Source: Guillardia theta CCMP2712 (Eukaryota; Protista; Cryptophyta). Taken from it: DNA of 64,000 nucleotides. The notes beneath the pieces were generated by a model that worked only from the letters and a program-made list of their open reading frames with translations, had not been told where the DNA came from and did not search any database. Location of the stretch: contig NW_005434551.1 of the NCBI RefSeq assembly GCF_000315625.1, positions 128,228 through 192,227 on the forward strand, in the 5' to 3' direction. How positions within the stretch are numbered: position 1 is the stretch's first letter; every line of letters starts with the position of its first letter. Below, in pieces: positions 24,501-38,759 of this stretch. A program made the position numbers and the translations under genes.

Positions 24501-27500
24501 CGAAACCAAGAACTTACAAGTGTAGCTAGCACCCAGCAAAAATCCAAATCCTTCCAGCTCGATCGTATCACCGGTGGCAAGAACATCAGAAATAGCATCA
24601 TGCAAGACTTCTTGGATGGTGATAAATGAAACACTTGTCTCAGAATAAAAAAAGATATTATCATTATTTGACATCAAAAAAACTTGCACCTCTCCTGCAT
24701 GGAAAGATTGCAGTGAACCTGACACGTTGAATACAAGCTGACTGGCATTTTCAAATGAAGCTCTCGAGCTATTGACCAAAACTCTCGTCGAGCCCTGTTC
24801 TAATCGAAGATTGTATGCCTTGTCTGCAATAAAACCATACCCACGAATTGTTATGGACTCTCCAAATGCAGAAAACTGTTTCGGCTCCAACAAATTGTAA
24901 ACTTCAATGATTTGAGAGCTGTAATTCAGTAAGACTGCTGATTGGTCCTTCAGTATGAAAGTCACGGCCCCAGCTTCATATTCCCAAATGAAGCTGGTGA
25001 AGTGTACGAAGATATCAGATGAGGCAGGAGCAGATATCGTTTTGACTTTCATCCCATGTTTGTAGACTTCCAAGCCATAATGTTTTCCAGCAGTCAAGCC
25101 TGCACCGTCAAAGCTCAATGCAACGTCAATTGCGTATAAGGGTTGGGGATGTGAAACGTTCACTATATGCTCCATCATGTAAAAAACTTTCTGTTCGGTA
25201 TCTCCAAGGAACTCAACCAAATCATCAGTTGCTGTCCATATCTGCAATGATGTCTGGCATGATCGAAACTCCCAAGGTTTCGTCTCAAAAATTAAACGCG
25301 TATTTGACTGAAACTCGACTTGATACTTTCGACCAAAAGTACTGTTGCTACAATTAAGTCCAACGTAATAATCGCGCGACGCATTGAATCCAACACCGTC
25401 CACGGTGACTGACACCCCACCACTGGCCACTCCCTGACAAGGCGAAACTCCACGCCAGACAGGAAGAAACTGAAATTCCGAACTAGAAAAATTCTGAACC
25501 AGCCGAGTTCCAAAGTGTATCTGAAAGCTCTGTTTTCCATAGAACAAATCAATGGTAGATGTCAAATCAAAGTTGCAGACAACTTGAGAATAATTGGTCA
25601 CATGCAAATGACCAGGTGAATAGACAGTAGGAGACTGTATAAGACTGCAAGTGTAAAGCGTGCTATTCGGACGAAATCCTGATCCTACAACTGTGATATT
25701 CACCATTTGCATGAGATAAGATCTGGTCGGATAAATCAAATTCCAACTCTCCAAGACTTCAAAACTTTGTATTGCAGAAAAAGAGTCGGAAACGGATCCA
25801 TCTCTGAATATCAAATTCTTCTGCTTATATAATACATTGAACGTGATGTTATCTGCTTGATAAGGCCAACCAAGAAAATGGCACCTGAGAAACCGTATTG
25901 ACTGAGCTTCTCCATTCGAAGTCAGGGAATTTGAAGGAAGCGATGTGCTTGCGAAGTCACAAGAATAGTTCCTTTGCGGATTGAAACCAATCCCCACTAA
26001 GATTACATCAAAAGAATTGGAAGCAAAAGTTGTATTTGGAAATGTTGGCAGCACAGATTCCCAGCTTTCCATGAATTCGAATGTCTGATTCTTTGAATCA
26101 AAGACAGGTACAACTTGCCTGACAATGTTTTGTGCTCCATCGCTTCCAACAATACACAAGTAAACCAAACAAGATTCGGCCGGAAATGGCCACATCGGTA
26201 TTGCAAAGACTAGTTCACGACGGCTCCAAGATATGGGTGGCTTGCTTATTACAGAGCCTTCACTTCCTACAAAGAGACACCTGTAATTCTGAAAGGGATC
26301 GAGAAAGCCCTCACCTCGTATTGTCAATGGAAGAGAGCCGTACCCAATAGGTGCAGCGAGAGGATCAAGTAGAAACCAGGTGTGCACTAGCGTTGCAGCC
26401 ATCATGGCAGAAGACTGCAATTGACCAACAGTGACAGAGTACGAAATCAACTGAGCTTGACTCTGCAGCAAAAGAGCCGGCAAGACACAAATTATGTCTT
26501 CATTCGATCTCCATTGGGTTTCTGAGCAATCCATCCCATCCAATTGAACTTGTTGTTTCATTCTTCTGTGTCCAAAATTCTTTCCTCTGATGAAAACTGC
26601 GAAATGCATTTGTAAGTTCTCTGAGGGCGAGATAGCTTCAATCTTGGGGTGTTTGTCTTCGTTCACACCTGCAAAAATTACATTCTTGTCGAAAGCGAAA
26701 GAGCGATCAACAGTCTGATTGGTATCGATTGAAAATTCAAGTAATTTGCCATTGGACTGCACTACTAGGATTACATTCCTCTGCAAATCGATACAGAAGT
26801 GACCACCGTGTGAAATCCATGAGGTTTGAAGTGAAGTAATCCGAGACGTCATGGTATGAAACGGAAACGATATGTAAGTGAGACTCACAAAATCGTCAAC
26901 TTCTGGCCATGAACTCTCTAGAAGAATCAATCTGCATGATTCATCATCATACTTGACTCCAACAATCTTTTTTCCAACTTGTGGATGGTAGTCGAGGATT
27001 TCAGTAGTATTTGATTCAACATGGAAGCATAAAATGCTTTCGTCGGTCTGAATGAGAAAATAAATTCCTAGCCCACTGCTGAAGGCACACACATGTAGAC
27101 GCACCGAATTTTCCAACTTTCGCATCATTGAAGACTCCCCCGAGCTCACATTGAACACGACGATGCTCTGACCAGACTCTCGCACATCGATTGCAACAAG
27201 AGCGCTCCGTGCGTCATCGAATTGCACATTTCTTATATTCGATTTGCTGCTTATATCTAGATCTTGGGAACCAAAAGAGCCAGACTCTAGATCTACATGT
27301 AAAATTGACCATCGTCCGCTGTTACCTTCAACATTCAAAACTGCATACATGGACTTTGTGAAACTGTCAATAGTTATAGAGCTCTCAAAAACTTGATCAC
27401 ACCAAACTTCAATTGCGATTTCTTTGAATTGCAGGTGATCATTCTCCTTATAAATGCGCAGTCTCTGACTATTCCATGCTGCTACGATTGCGAAGGGGGA

Positions 27501-29369
27501 CGAGAGCTGATTGTCACCATAAACATTCAATGTGTTTGAAGGTAACGAAGATAAGACCTGTGTTCCTATCTTAAAGCCCACTCGAAACAAGAAGCTGCTA
27601 GCATTGCTCGCAGCATTCCAAAACCCAGAAAGCAAATCCTTCCTCGAAATTGCAACAAAATCATCAGTTTTTTTCAGGAATGGTTCTGGTACGGTGTAAA
27701 ACTGCAAGAGAGCACTGTTGCTCACTTGAATTTCATATGACTCGCTTCTGGATAAATTGATACCTGAGAATCGAATATTGATCAAAGTTTGCGATGAACA
27801 TTGACTTTCTGTTAATGTCACGTTTGGAGGCTGGAAGAGGATCTGCCAGGTCAGCCTAGGCAACAATTTTACGAGGAAGCAAAGAGGAGCACTTTTGCAG
27901 TTCTCACAGCCGCCATAGTCAAGAGCAAAGGTTACAAAACACCTCAAGAATTCTTCTTCATGAGCAACTATATGTGAGCTTGAGGTTTTGAAATTGTAAA
28001 TACAAAATAAAGTCCCTTGTCCCACACACCTCGTCCCATTGGGTTGAATAATTATGCTATGTTCCGCAGAGCTGGAACCAATGACCGATTCGATAGATAT
28101 ATCACGAGGCGTCAAACTCGACGCCCATGGTTGCGGGTCACGCGCATACAAAAGAATTTCACAATTTTCTGAATAATAACAAACTTGAAAAGTGTTCGTT
28201 GGCAAAGAAGTAGAATCCAATCCTTGGATGAAGTAAGGAGTGTCATGACGGAAGGAATGTATTACTGACATGACAATGAAGGAAGTTGTCGGATTGGAAC
28301 TCAGTTGATCATTACTGATAGACCCAGAATAGCTGATTAACAGAGCTTTTTGTTGAAGAAGATAATCGGGGCAAGTTTGCACTGTACCTTGCCGGGAAAC
28401 ATTCACGAAGTGTAAGTCGTAGATCAGACAGGTGGATTCATATATGATATTCACATCGCTTCGCTCTCCGACAAAGGAAAAATCACTTTGAAAGGAAATC
28501 TTGCCTGACCAGGCTTGTTGTGAGTCAATGCCATTTGTGCTGGAGGTGGTTTGGGAATAAATAAGAGGCAGCTCGAAAAGTGGAGATGGAGAAGAGTAGG
28601 AAGTAAAATTGCAAGATTCGTTGTGCAAAGATGTTTCTTTGCATAATTTGACAAACGATGATGTAGTTGGATTCACGGTCCTATCACTCGAAAAAATCTC
28701 ATTCCAGAATGGACAGATTTCTGGAAACAAGGAGCAATGAGATTGCTTTGAAGCAAACCCACTCTGATTGCTTGATCCAGCAAATTCGGTGATGGGAATC
28801 CAGGCAAGCAATCCATCAACCTCCGGAAGAACCTCAACCTCATGTTCTAGAACTCCGTAAGTAGCATTCACGTGTTGTAAGTACCCACTTTCATTTGCGG
28901 TAGCAATCAAGAAATTTTCGATCACTTTGAATTGATTGACCTTTCCGACGATTCGACTGGATAAGGCAACATATTGCCCTCCTAAGTCTTTTGCAGACAC
29001 GGTCAGATCACTCAAACACTTTGACCCATCACTCGACATATAGTGAAATTGCGGAATACCATCGTTCAACTTGATCTGACCAATGCAGAGAATACCGAAG
29101 AGTGAAGCTATTGTTGAAAGACTAGTCGCATCGTTCTGTGGGCAATTCACTTCTTGACCCAACTTGTAATCACATGCAGGGTGCATGACATGAGAACTAT
29201 GAAGTTCGAACTTAACGGTTCGGTTTCCACGAACAAAATCCGGATTCACATACCATCTCAGTGAAATGCCGATGATAGGTGTTGAGATTTCTGTATAATT
29301 TGCGAGAACATTGCCCCCGAAGGGTAGAATACTGAAAATGAACGCAAAAAAACTTAGCTTTGATATCAT
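15550..29369 (-). CDS. Giant (~4,600 codon) secreted/cell-surface protein: signal peptide, many IPT/TIG-like repeats, LamG/TSP_C-like domain, CUB, Ca-binding EGF, pectin-lyase-like beta-helix; one intron and two apparent frameshifts
   Basis: MISKLSFFAFIFSILPFGG signal; repeated 'TIxGxGF/NFG...CxxTxW.SxTxVxC' IPT units; 48-nt intron 21590-21637 rejoins in frame; NDDWIGVSFLYQDDNNYFRF; CUB (GTITDGQGDYNNNQECEFII..FTEFTTEPEFDRV); EGF (CEDINEC..CENTIGSYICTC); beta-helix (TIYVSPGLYEG..TVIDC..LQGLTIRNG). Two N-gaps fall in the repeat region. Confidence 0.8.
17780..19745 (-). repeat. Very GC-rich, near-identical intragenic tandem repeats encoding GTGSTSMTVYGGAMGLGTYTGAGRGGHTGCEATEWESETSVRC modules
   Basis: Identical DNA blocks recur (e.g. 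18570-18840 vs 19477-19743; 18250-18460 vs 19160-19370). Both N-gaps of this gene fall here. Confidence 0.9.
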
Positions 29370-29869
29370 TCTGAATTACTTCAATTGGCGATCGATTTCA
29401 GTTTCACACGGAATCCCTTATTGTGAATACCTCAAAGAAGTACTTGAAGAGAGTTCTCACATCAAGTAGCTTGCCATTCCTGTCTGTCATTCAGACTGCT
29501 TGCAGGCTACACCTTGGCTCCACCTCGCCAAATCTATTCCCTCCTGCTTTCCCCTTCCTTTGCCTGCTGCTTCATCACCATCCCGCCGCTTGAGGTTTTC
29601 GTCTTCAATGACCCCTCTCTATATCAGTACCCCATGTCCACCACCCCACGCAATGTTTCCTTGACACAACGATGGTAAATGATAACCCCGTCATACTCAA
29701 GTAAATGATGTGAAATTATGTGGTAGGGTCATTACCCCACCCTATTATATTCACTACCCACAAGAAAATCCTTCGGAGCAGGAGCTTGTCATGTGTCACA
29801 GTGTCTCTCCACGATGGATGGGTAAAGATTACTCCGCCTCAGAGCGATGACTACCTTGATGTGAAAGGC

Positions 29870-30400
29870 AGGACGTGACTCACGATCACTCAATCCGGCA
29901 CTGTACGGTACGAGCGGCGGCCCGTCCTACTAGCGGCCGCCGGTTCACTCACTGCCGAGCCTCCGTCACTCGCGGCCGCCGCACTTGCCGCCTGGCCCAA
30001 CGCGATGACGGACCGTGCCATCGAGTCGGAACTCGGATCATGTCACAGTGTCATGATAGGCTCAGGTTTCAAGCCTAGTTTAGCAGTGACGGTCGGACGG
30101 TTCAACTCATTTGTCGGCCGGCATTGCCCCGGGGCCCGCGTTAACCGTTGAAACGGCGTGCGGTCGGGGCTCAGTCAAGTCCGACGGTCCTACCGTACAG
30201 GTACTTAAGTTGCACGGCTGACACGGTGCTGGGCGCGGCGCTGACCGGATTCGGAAGTCACACGAGTCGAGCCGCCCGGCCACCGTGGCACTCGTCCGGG
30301 GCCCGGGCCGGGGCCCGGCGGCCGGCGGGGCCGCGGGGCCGCTTGACTGAGCGGCGGACTCTCAGGACTCTGGAACCCGCCGGCTCATTTGTCCCGTGTT
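29870..30400. other. GC-rich palindromic-word island between divergent genes
   Basis: Same word texture; lies between the 5' ends of the giant gene (-) and the LRR gene (+). Confidence 0.7.
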
Positions 30401-30596
30401 AGGGCCATGGCAAGTTTGTCAGACGGTCTGTTGCCTGGTAGGCAGCGCAGTTGAAAGTTGGGCGACTAGATGCAAGCTTGCCAGTTGCCATGCCGCACTC
30501 ACCGTCATGGACTTGTCGCTGTTAAGCTCTTCTCAATGGCCGTGAATCATGCTTGAAAGCTGTTTATCAGTGTGAACACTTTCAAGTGCTGAAGAA

Positions 30597-33500
30597 ATGT
30601 CTAATCCTAGCAGCATCGCACGTCCTGTTCAGCGAGCCTGGCAACAAGATGAGTACATGGAATTTTGTGAAGAAGCAGAGCCGATTCTCCCAGGAGCGAT
30701 CAGAGTGCAGCCATTAGATGCACCTTACACGTGTGGCAACTTTCTTATACCTGTCAAGGCTCTTGAAGAAGCTCCAGATGGTTTCCGGTGAGCGAAGTAT
30801 CGATGTTGGTGCATTCGTGATAGTGTGTTGCAGTCGGCTGGATTGGTCGGGAAGGGGGATGAACTTCATGCCTCAGATTCCTCCTGAATACAAGAATGCA
30901 CAGAATGTTTTGTTGAATGACAACAAGCTAACAGCGTTTCCACAAGAGCTGAATCAGTTGGGGATTCTCCAAAGCTTGCGAATCGACTCGAATTCAATCA
31001 CGAATGTGCCTTCGTATGTTGCTCACTTTCCAATGTTGAAGCATCTTCGTGCTCATGACAACACGATCTCATCGCTCTCTTCTAACATAGGGCAGTGCAA
31101 GCACCTGCTATCGCTGGATCTACAAAGGAACCAATTATCATCGATTCCGTTGTCACTTGCTGCCTGCACTGGACTAACAAAGCTTTGGCTCAGCGAGAAT
31201 CGAATCGAACAAATTCCATATACTTTTTCACACTTGCAAAACCTCAAATCATTTAGGATAGACAAAAATCGATTGAAAGAGATCGAACCAGGGATCACAA
31301 AAATGAAAGCCCTAGTGCAGTTTAGGGCGAGCCATAATCAGATCAAAGAGATCCCTGTTGATTTCGGAAACGCTTCACAATTGACAGAATTATCCTTGAA
31401 CCACAACTCTATCGAAGCTCTACCTCCCTCACTTTGTAAATTGAACTTGAAAATATTGAGACTCGACCAGAATCCTTTGAAAAGGCCCCCAATCAATGTG
31501 GTAATCCGTGGTATCCAACGTACTTACGACTATCTGAACCGTCTTGAGCATGCTTTGGTTTCGTGGGATCTAGACTTGCACAGGTTTGACATGCATCAAG
31601 TACCTTTTCCTTCTGCAACTTCCCAACAAACTTCCGAAAATTGGGAATTTGATATGTGGTGTCGTATCAGATACATGGTGCTTGCAGAGAATAGACTGCA
31701 AAGCTTTCCGATGGAACTTGGACTCATGACAAATCTTACAATTCTAGATGTTCGTCAAAATCGAATCTCTGCTGTTCCTCCAGCAGTTGGTTCTTTGCGA
31801 AACCTTCAAATTTTTGATGCATCCCAGAATTTTATTCAAACATTGCCCACGCAGATGAAGCAAAATGTCGTATTACAGGAACTACTCTTAGAAAGTAACA
31901 GATTGTCAGTTGTACCCGATGTTGTGGCAGAGTTACAACATCTAAAAGAGCTGAGACTTTCAAATAATCAAATATTGACTCTTCCGGACTTGTCAAATTC
32001 AGCAGGAAAATTGGAAATACTTTTCTTGGATCATAACAATTTGAGGAGCCTTGCCCATGATCTATTTGTACTGACACGATTGAAAATATTGAAGTTGAAC
32101 AATAACTCGTTGCTTGAAATTCCAAGTGACTTATTCAAAATACGTGGTCTAGGTCTGAGTATATTTTGTATCAATCATTGCAGGACAATGAAATCTTATT
32201 TGCAGATCATCCTGTAAATTCGAATCCAGCTGAAGAAGGAAAAATGATTTTGGGCTCTATCATTGATCCTGCGGTGAGAGCTTTGTATCTAGCTTTATGA
32301 AGGATAACATGGCTAAGCAGATAAGAAGAAACAGAATCCATAACATTTTGAATGGGATAAGACTATCTTCATACCGCGAGATATCCAAGATTCCTTTAGA
32401 TCAAAGGGAATACAGCAAACCACAAGGTGATTTCACTGTCCATTTCAATCATTTTCTATGTTTGGTCATTTGTTGACAAGGCTCTGGGACGAAGAAACGA
32501 TGGGACTTGGTCAGATTTGCTCTGTTCGGCAACGATGGGCCGCGCATAAAGTCGAAGCCTCGGATGAAGGGCGTCAAGCCAAGTGCTGAGACACTGTGAT
32601 TGTCATAGTCTTACACTTGGACAGATCTACCGAAAGGCAAAGCAGAAAAAGAAGAAGGCATGCCTGAGACACATGTTCAGGTGTTGTGAATTGATTGCCA
32701 TTGTATCTGACTCTTGGATCAGCCGACAAAGAAGGGATTCGTTCAGAGGTTAAGAGAACTTTTCCGGTCTCAGAAGACAGAAGTCTTAGTTGAAGAAGAT
32801 ATGAATGTGATTTTTTTGTCAAACTTGGAAATGAATAGAAATTGAGGCAAAGAACAGGATGCAGAAGGCCGAATGCAAGATGATGCATCTGCTGGGGCAC
32901 CTAGCGATGCAGCATCGTCAAAAGATGAACAGAATTCTCCGAGGGTTGCAGAGGAACAGAAGACAGGACCTACAATTTTTAGCAACTTGATAAATCAATT
33001 TTCTGCAGTTGTAAGGATTGTGGGGGTCCAAAATCGTTGAATCACATCTTTATTGCAGGTATCAAGATTTGGGACAAAAACCCAGGACGACGATGAGGAA
33101 GAAAATGTTTTGAGTGATGATTATGGGGCTTATTGGCAGGAGATCCAAGAGATTGATTTAAGGTTCAATTCGCTGTATTCTGCTGTGCTTCTTAGGCAAT
33201 CTGCAGTTACAACAGGCTTGAAAATATTCCGGCACAAATTGCTAACATCAGCTCACTCACAAGTTTGAAAATTCACGGAAACAATATAGACCAGCTGCCC
33301 AGAAGCATTGGACAACTGGTATTCTGTAGCTTGGTTCAATTGTTTGCAAAGTTTTATTCTATACAGGAAATGATGAAGTATTTGAATTTGTCTTCGAATG
33401 TATTTTATAAGGTGCCTCGTGAGCTCGGTTTGCTTTTGCAAATGGAAAAGCTAGACCTATGCAATCAGGTATTTTCTGAAGAATAACATCTGCCTCTCGT

Positions 33501-34405
33501 AACGAGTCGTAGGGGGGGGGTGAGCTGCTTGACGATCTCCCAATCGAACTGAGAAAGCTAGAGCGATTGGAAGAGTTGAGGCTGAGTAGAAACAAGTTCG
33601 AGTATCTTCCTCAATGCATCCTCCCAGCCCGTATATCTTGTTTGACAATCAATTATCTATTTTACTGATTTGCGTCTTGCTGACTATCCCTCAGTCGAAG
33701 GGTCTAAAATCAAGGAGCCTGGAATGACAAGTCTACGGATCTTGGCTGTAATATTCCATTCTTCAAAATGAGGTGTTTGTGACTCATTTGGCAAAAATTA
33801 GTTGGACAACAATCCATTGCGTGGTCTCGATGAAGATCTGGCTTTCTGCTCAAAATTGGAGAAATTGTTACTTCACAGCACTAATGTGAAACGTCTGAAT
33901 CAATCAATCTCGTTAGTCTCTTTGCTCGAATAGCCTTCAGCTCAATGGTATGAGAACAGATACATGTACCACTTGCAGGAAATTTGGATAGCTGATACTT
34001 ATATTCGCAAGATCGATCCAGGCATTCTTCTTTGCCATTCCCATTGGGCGCTAAATCTTTCGTGATACAGCCATTGCAGCATTACCCCATCTGAAGAAGA
34101 TCATTCTTTCGAACGAAGATCAAATCGATGACTTTGCTGGTCTTCCTGATACTTGCATGCTTGACTCGATCTCAACGTTGCAAACAGATATTCGACGGTC
34201 CATGAAAGCAGAAAAATGGTCTTTTCTCAGCGTTGGCGAAGGGGATGTTGCCATGATTGCAGGTGCATTGATGACGATCTTTCGAACAATTCTAACACAT
34301 ACAGGAATGAAACGGATAAAGAGAATGAAAGAGAAAGAAGCGGCTGCGGCAGTTCTATCAAATGAGCAATCCAAATTGAAAAAGGCGCAAAAGTCTGGCC
34401 GGTAA
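30597..34405 (+). CDS. Leucine-rich repeat protein (SHOC2/Scribble-type 23-aa LRRs), multi-exon
   Basis: Many LxxLxLxxNxLxxLP units in 30850-32150 and further LRR exons to ~34150; stop at 34405 (ORF 34157-34405). Confidence 0.85.
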
Positions 34406-34731
34406 ATGCGATGTGATCTCAGACATCAAAGATAAGAACATTGCAGATCTCTATCGTATGACAAACATGCGATGGTAAAAATTGAAACAGTGAAAAATAC
34501 GAGTACTGACGACCGGCAATGCAGGATTCAGCCTCAAAGACCAAAAAGTGATGACTTGATCTTTGGATCTTCTTTTTTATTTGTGTTCTGTTTCGGAATA
34601 CTTACTTTCGCTTTACAGTTCTGTCGTAACGTTTGAATTGGAATGACGGCAATGAATTCATGTGAAAAGGTTTGCTGTTCGATAGTTTCAAGAATCATAC
34701 AAAAGGTGCAGTTACTTATAAGAATTCCAAA

Positions 34732-36339
34732 TTATATTGGGTTTTCAAGCTCTTCTTGAAGCTGAAGCTCAACAGAACTTTCGTCATCTTCGTTATGGAC
34801 CTGTACAACAGTCATGATTTCGCATTTCCAGTCCAAACCGCAGCTTGTACCATCAAATAAGGATTGTCAAAATCCGGTCTAAATTTGTATCCGACGAGCA
34901 TGTAGAATATAAGAGAAGCTGTCTCCGAGATAGCGCTGTAATGTCTTATGGAACACACAACCCTTACCATGTAACTTTACCTGGCCACCCACGATAGCTC
35001 ACAAGGGAGAGTTGCCTTGACCAGGTAAATAATCTGAGGTACAGTCAGTTAGTGTACATTTCCCAAAGCAAAATTCTCAATCATATAAATTATTACGATT
35101 CGTGAGAAATAAATGTAGCAAACCACTAGAACGTAGAATTCACGGAACATCTATAAAAGCAAAAAAATTAGGAATAATATGACCATTCAACTTTAATCCA
35201 CCTTTAATTTTGCCAGTATCCTCTTAGCCTTCCCATCAGCTTCGGCAGCATCTCTGTACATGTATTTTCAGTAATCGTCTCATATTCATGAACATGATCA
35301 AACCTCAAGTGTTTGATGGACCATACTATGGGAAATAAGATAGCACAACAGCAGACCACTGCTCATTTTTCAAACAATTATAAACATTTCTACAAGTATT
35401 CAATTGCTCACCATCAAAAAAATGAAGAATATCTCTCCAAGTCATCCAACCAGCAGTACCCGGAGGCGTTTCATCAACGACCACCATTGCAACGTTAACC
35501 AAAACCTGCATAGGCAGAACAATCAAGATAATCCTTTTTTCTCTATCAGCCAGAAAGGGCTTCATGATAGACCAGCCAGTGCCAATCAGGAGAATGACAG
35601 CAAACAGCATGGTACCCTTCACAAACGTAAGGATGTGAAAAAGTGTTGCCCAGGCATATCCATCTCCAAACGATTTGAGTGATTGATACCGAAAGGCTTC
35701 AAATCCCACAGATGCAGCTTTGAAAAAACATAAAAGACCCATTAGATACTGAATCTTATGGATTGGAGAACTGCTGGTCCTCAGCATATAAACCCAATAC
35801 ACAAAAGCGAACAAGAACAACAAGCTTGCACCAGCATAAACAAGCGGAAGAGGCACTTCTCCTTCAGAAATGAAAATGCCGTCTTTGTTCATAAGCACGT
35901 AGTGGATTTGAAACGAAGCTTTGGAACCATAATTGCAGTTGGAATATAGTATAGAGTACAGTCCCTTGCCATTTGCAGCAATCTGATGTGTGTATGTTGT
36001 GTTTGGACCCGCGATCGGGATTATGACGTCATTAGGCTTCTTGGTGTTCAGCATACAGCCAGCTTCATTTACATCCATCATACTGGAAACGGAATATGCT
36101 GGGCCTTCTGTTTTGCGAATAAGAAGACCAACATTGGATGGTGTCAACCTCTTTCCATCTCTGGTCATCCGAAAATCAGATATTTGAATATTCATGCTTC
36201 CTCCCTGTCCGAAGCAGAAAGGCTCCACGAGGAAAGCAGAGCGATCATCGCTCTGCACAGTCAGGGTTGAAGCTCGTGCTCGTGCTTGACCTGCTGTCGC
36301 CGCCACCGCTAATGCTATCAGCGCCCACGACGACACCAT
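34732..36339 (-). CDS. GPR107/GPR108-like (lung seven-transmembrane receptor, GOST family) protein
   Basis: Signal peptide; FCFGQGG; ISEGEVPLP; HKIQYLM; KGTMLFAVILLIGTGWSIMKPFLADREKRIILIVLPMQV; later exons ADGKAKRILAKLK, FREFYVLVVCYIYFSRI, GYKFRPDFDNPYL; stop at 34732. Confidence 0.92.
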
Positions 36340-36465
36340 GTCCAGGAGCAGGTGGAAGAGCTCTACCTTATCAGGAAGTCTGCCTCAGGACGTTTTTACG
36401 CTAAAAGTTAACTAAACTACAAGGCGAGGCGAAGTGAAACAATGGCGTCCTAAGGGGAGCACTGG

Positions 36466-37350
36466 ATGTTGAGCTGGACATTGATGATGAACACGTCGCC
36501 TTGTCACGGATGGATTTTGGTCTTGCTTCCTCACTTGCTTCTTGTCTGCTCGCTTGACCATCATGTATCGTGCATGCAATCTCTTCCGCAAGACGCCATC
36601 GTATCTCAAAATAGGGAACGAGCCAGGATTTCGATGGAAGTCAATAGGCATCAGCAAAGCAGAGATGTAGCCACGATTCAAGCACACTATCTTCGGTCAG
36701 GCTTGTGATCTGAATGTGGCCTGTTTGCCGTTGCATGACAGTTTTCAGTGATGTGTATTCACTGTTCCGGAAGAACTCAAGAGACGTAAAGAATGTGTGT
36801 GAAGAACAGTCACAAGAACGAGGAGGTAGTGCAAATTATGGTTGTAATTGATAATTGAGATTGCTGCTGCCAGGTTGCGGAGGAGTGTGGTACAAACCAA
36901 AACATCCAGTCATAGTCCAATTCAACATGCTGGTTGGAACTGACATGAATCCCCAGATGCAGCAAGCTTTTGACCTGCATACAAGACGCTACGAGGTATG
37001 CTTTTGCGGGAATGAATCTTTGTGTTCATCACAGATGTATATTTCTCCTGATAGGAACGTGGATTTCCTGACTACGATAGTGAGTACGATGAGATCCCAC
37101 AAGCGCAGATCAAGTAACAACAATCTTGAAGACAACTTGTTTTTCTTTATCAATGACTCTAGTGCAGAATGATCGAGCAAATAGTTTCTGATTTGAAAGG
37201 GACCATAAAAAAATCTGATTCAATGCGAGGTAATTGAGCATGCATCACTGTCTCATATGCTTTCTGCTGCAGTTGAAAACAGAGAAAGCATCGTGAGCAA
37301 GTAACTTTGCAAATCACTTTGGAGAAGGATACAAGAATGAGATGGATTTC
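36466..37350 (+). CDS. Hypothetical protein, multi-exon, possible signal peptide
   Basis: Hydrophobic N-terminus (GWILVLLPHLLLVCS) and short exon-like ORFs divergent from GPR107. No family recognised. Confidence 0.35.
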
Positions 37351-37449
37351 TGCCTGAAAGAATGATTTGCTTTGGTTGTAGGATCAGCATACATGTGAAT
37401 TGAAGGTTGAAATGCAGAATGAACGTAAATGTTTGGCGTCTGATTTAGG

Positions 37450-38692
37450 CTTCATGGCTTCTCCTGAGTGGCTTGATTCACCAGGACCTGAGAGTTTTGC
37501 GCATCGAGAGCAAGCAGCAAATGCACCTTGAAACATCCCATAATTTCCACACCTTGGTCATTGGTCTTTGCCTTTATGAATAACTAAGTGTGCACTGAAT
37601 AGATACTGCACCAAGTGAGCTTTCAGATCAGAGGAGAGCATTTCCACTTTGGTCTCTTACGCTTCAAGTGAAACGCAACAAATTCCTGACAAATATTTTC
37701 ACTTTTTACCGACATCGAGTGATGAGCTTACATCTGATGGTTGAATTTCACGGACATAAACTTCCATATTACCTTGAATCAAACATGTCAGCATCACCGT
37801 GTCACTTGTTTAGCAATGTAGCAGTTCAATGTAGCAGTTATTCTTGCTTACAATATCTGGTCCTGATGATTCCTGTCTTCCCACGACCTTTAAATTCGAT
37901 CCTCTTTTCAGTGTGAGTATCAGTTCTAGCAGAATACTCAGTCGCACAATCAGACCTTCTTGATTTCAGATCGCCCAATCTTAATCTCGTCTACTAAAAG
38001 ATTGTCCGGATCCATACCTGCAGGGATATTCAAAAACACACAGTTCAATTCTTCACAAATCAACATTGAGAAACGGGATTCAACGATGTGCACAAGTTCA
38101 CCATACCGTGAATATTTGCAGCATTGAATTTGGCATCATGAATACAACGGCGAACTTTATCTGCTACCCTCTTGCGTGTCAAAGAAAGTTGCATGAGTGC
38201 TGCATCCACCCTTGCCCTGCGTACAAGTTTGCACACCAAGTTGAGCTTTTTCATTGATGTGCGGAATCGCTTCAGGACAGCTCTTGCACGTGGAAAATCG
38301 TGGTGCTCTGCATTGTGTCTTGAATTAGGCTTCTTCTCTACCAACGGAGTTGTCATTCCTACTGGCTCGGTTGAAGCTACCACGGCATCCGTAGCAAGCA
38401 ATCGTTTATGGACGATATTGGGCGTGCATACCCAAAGTCCCGATAGTTGCCTGTCAAGTGAGCTAACACTCGGTAAGGATCCTTCTCCCACTCGAGTCAC
38501 TGCACTTGCATTTGCACGAGGGAAGAAGTGTGAACTGGTGGGCGAAAGTCGCATCTTCACAGGTCTCACAAGAGACGAGAGGAGATGATTTGAAAAGAAA
38601 GAGAGATTATGAGGAGCTTGTGGTGGTCTCTTTCCCAGCATCCTCCAAGTCCCTAACTTCATTGGCTGTATCACCGCACGCGCGCTCCGCAT
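37450..38692 (-). CDS. MRPL22: Mitochondrial ribosomal protein uL22m, multi-exon
   Basis: Arg/Ser-rich presequence; ARAVLKRFRTSMKKLNLVCKLVRRARVDAALMQL..AKFNAANIHGM; next exons DPDNLLVDEIKIGR and RIEFKGRGKTGIIRTRYC. 3' end approximate. Confidence 0.85.
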
Positions 38693-38759
38693 GGCGCCCA
38701 CCGCGGCTGAAACCGTTACAATCAGGTTTGTAACCGTTCAAGCAGACTTTCAAGCACGG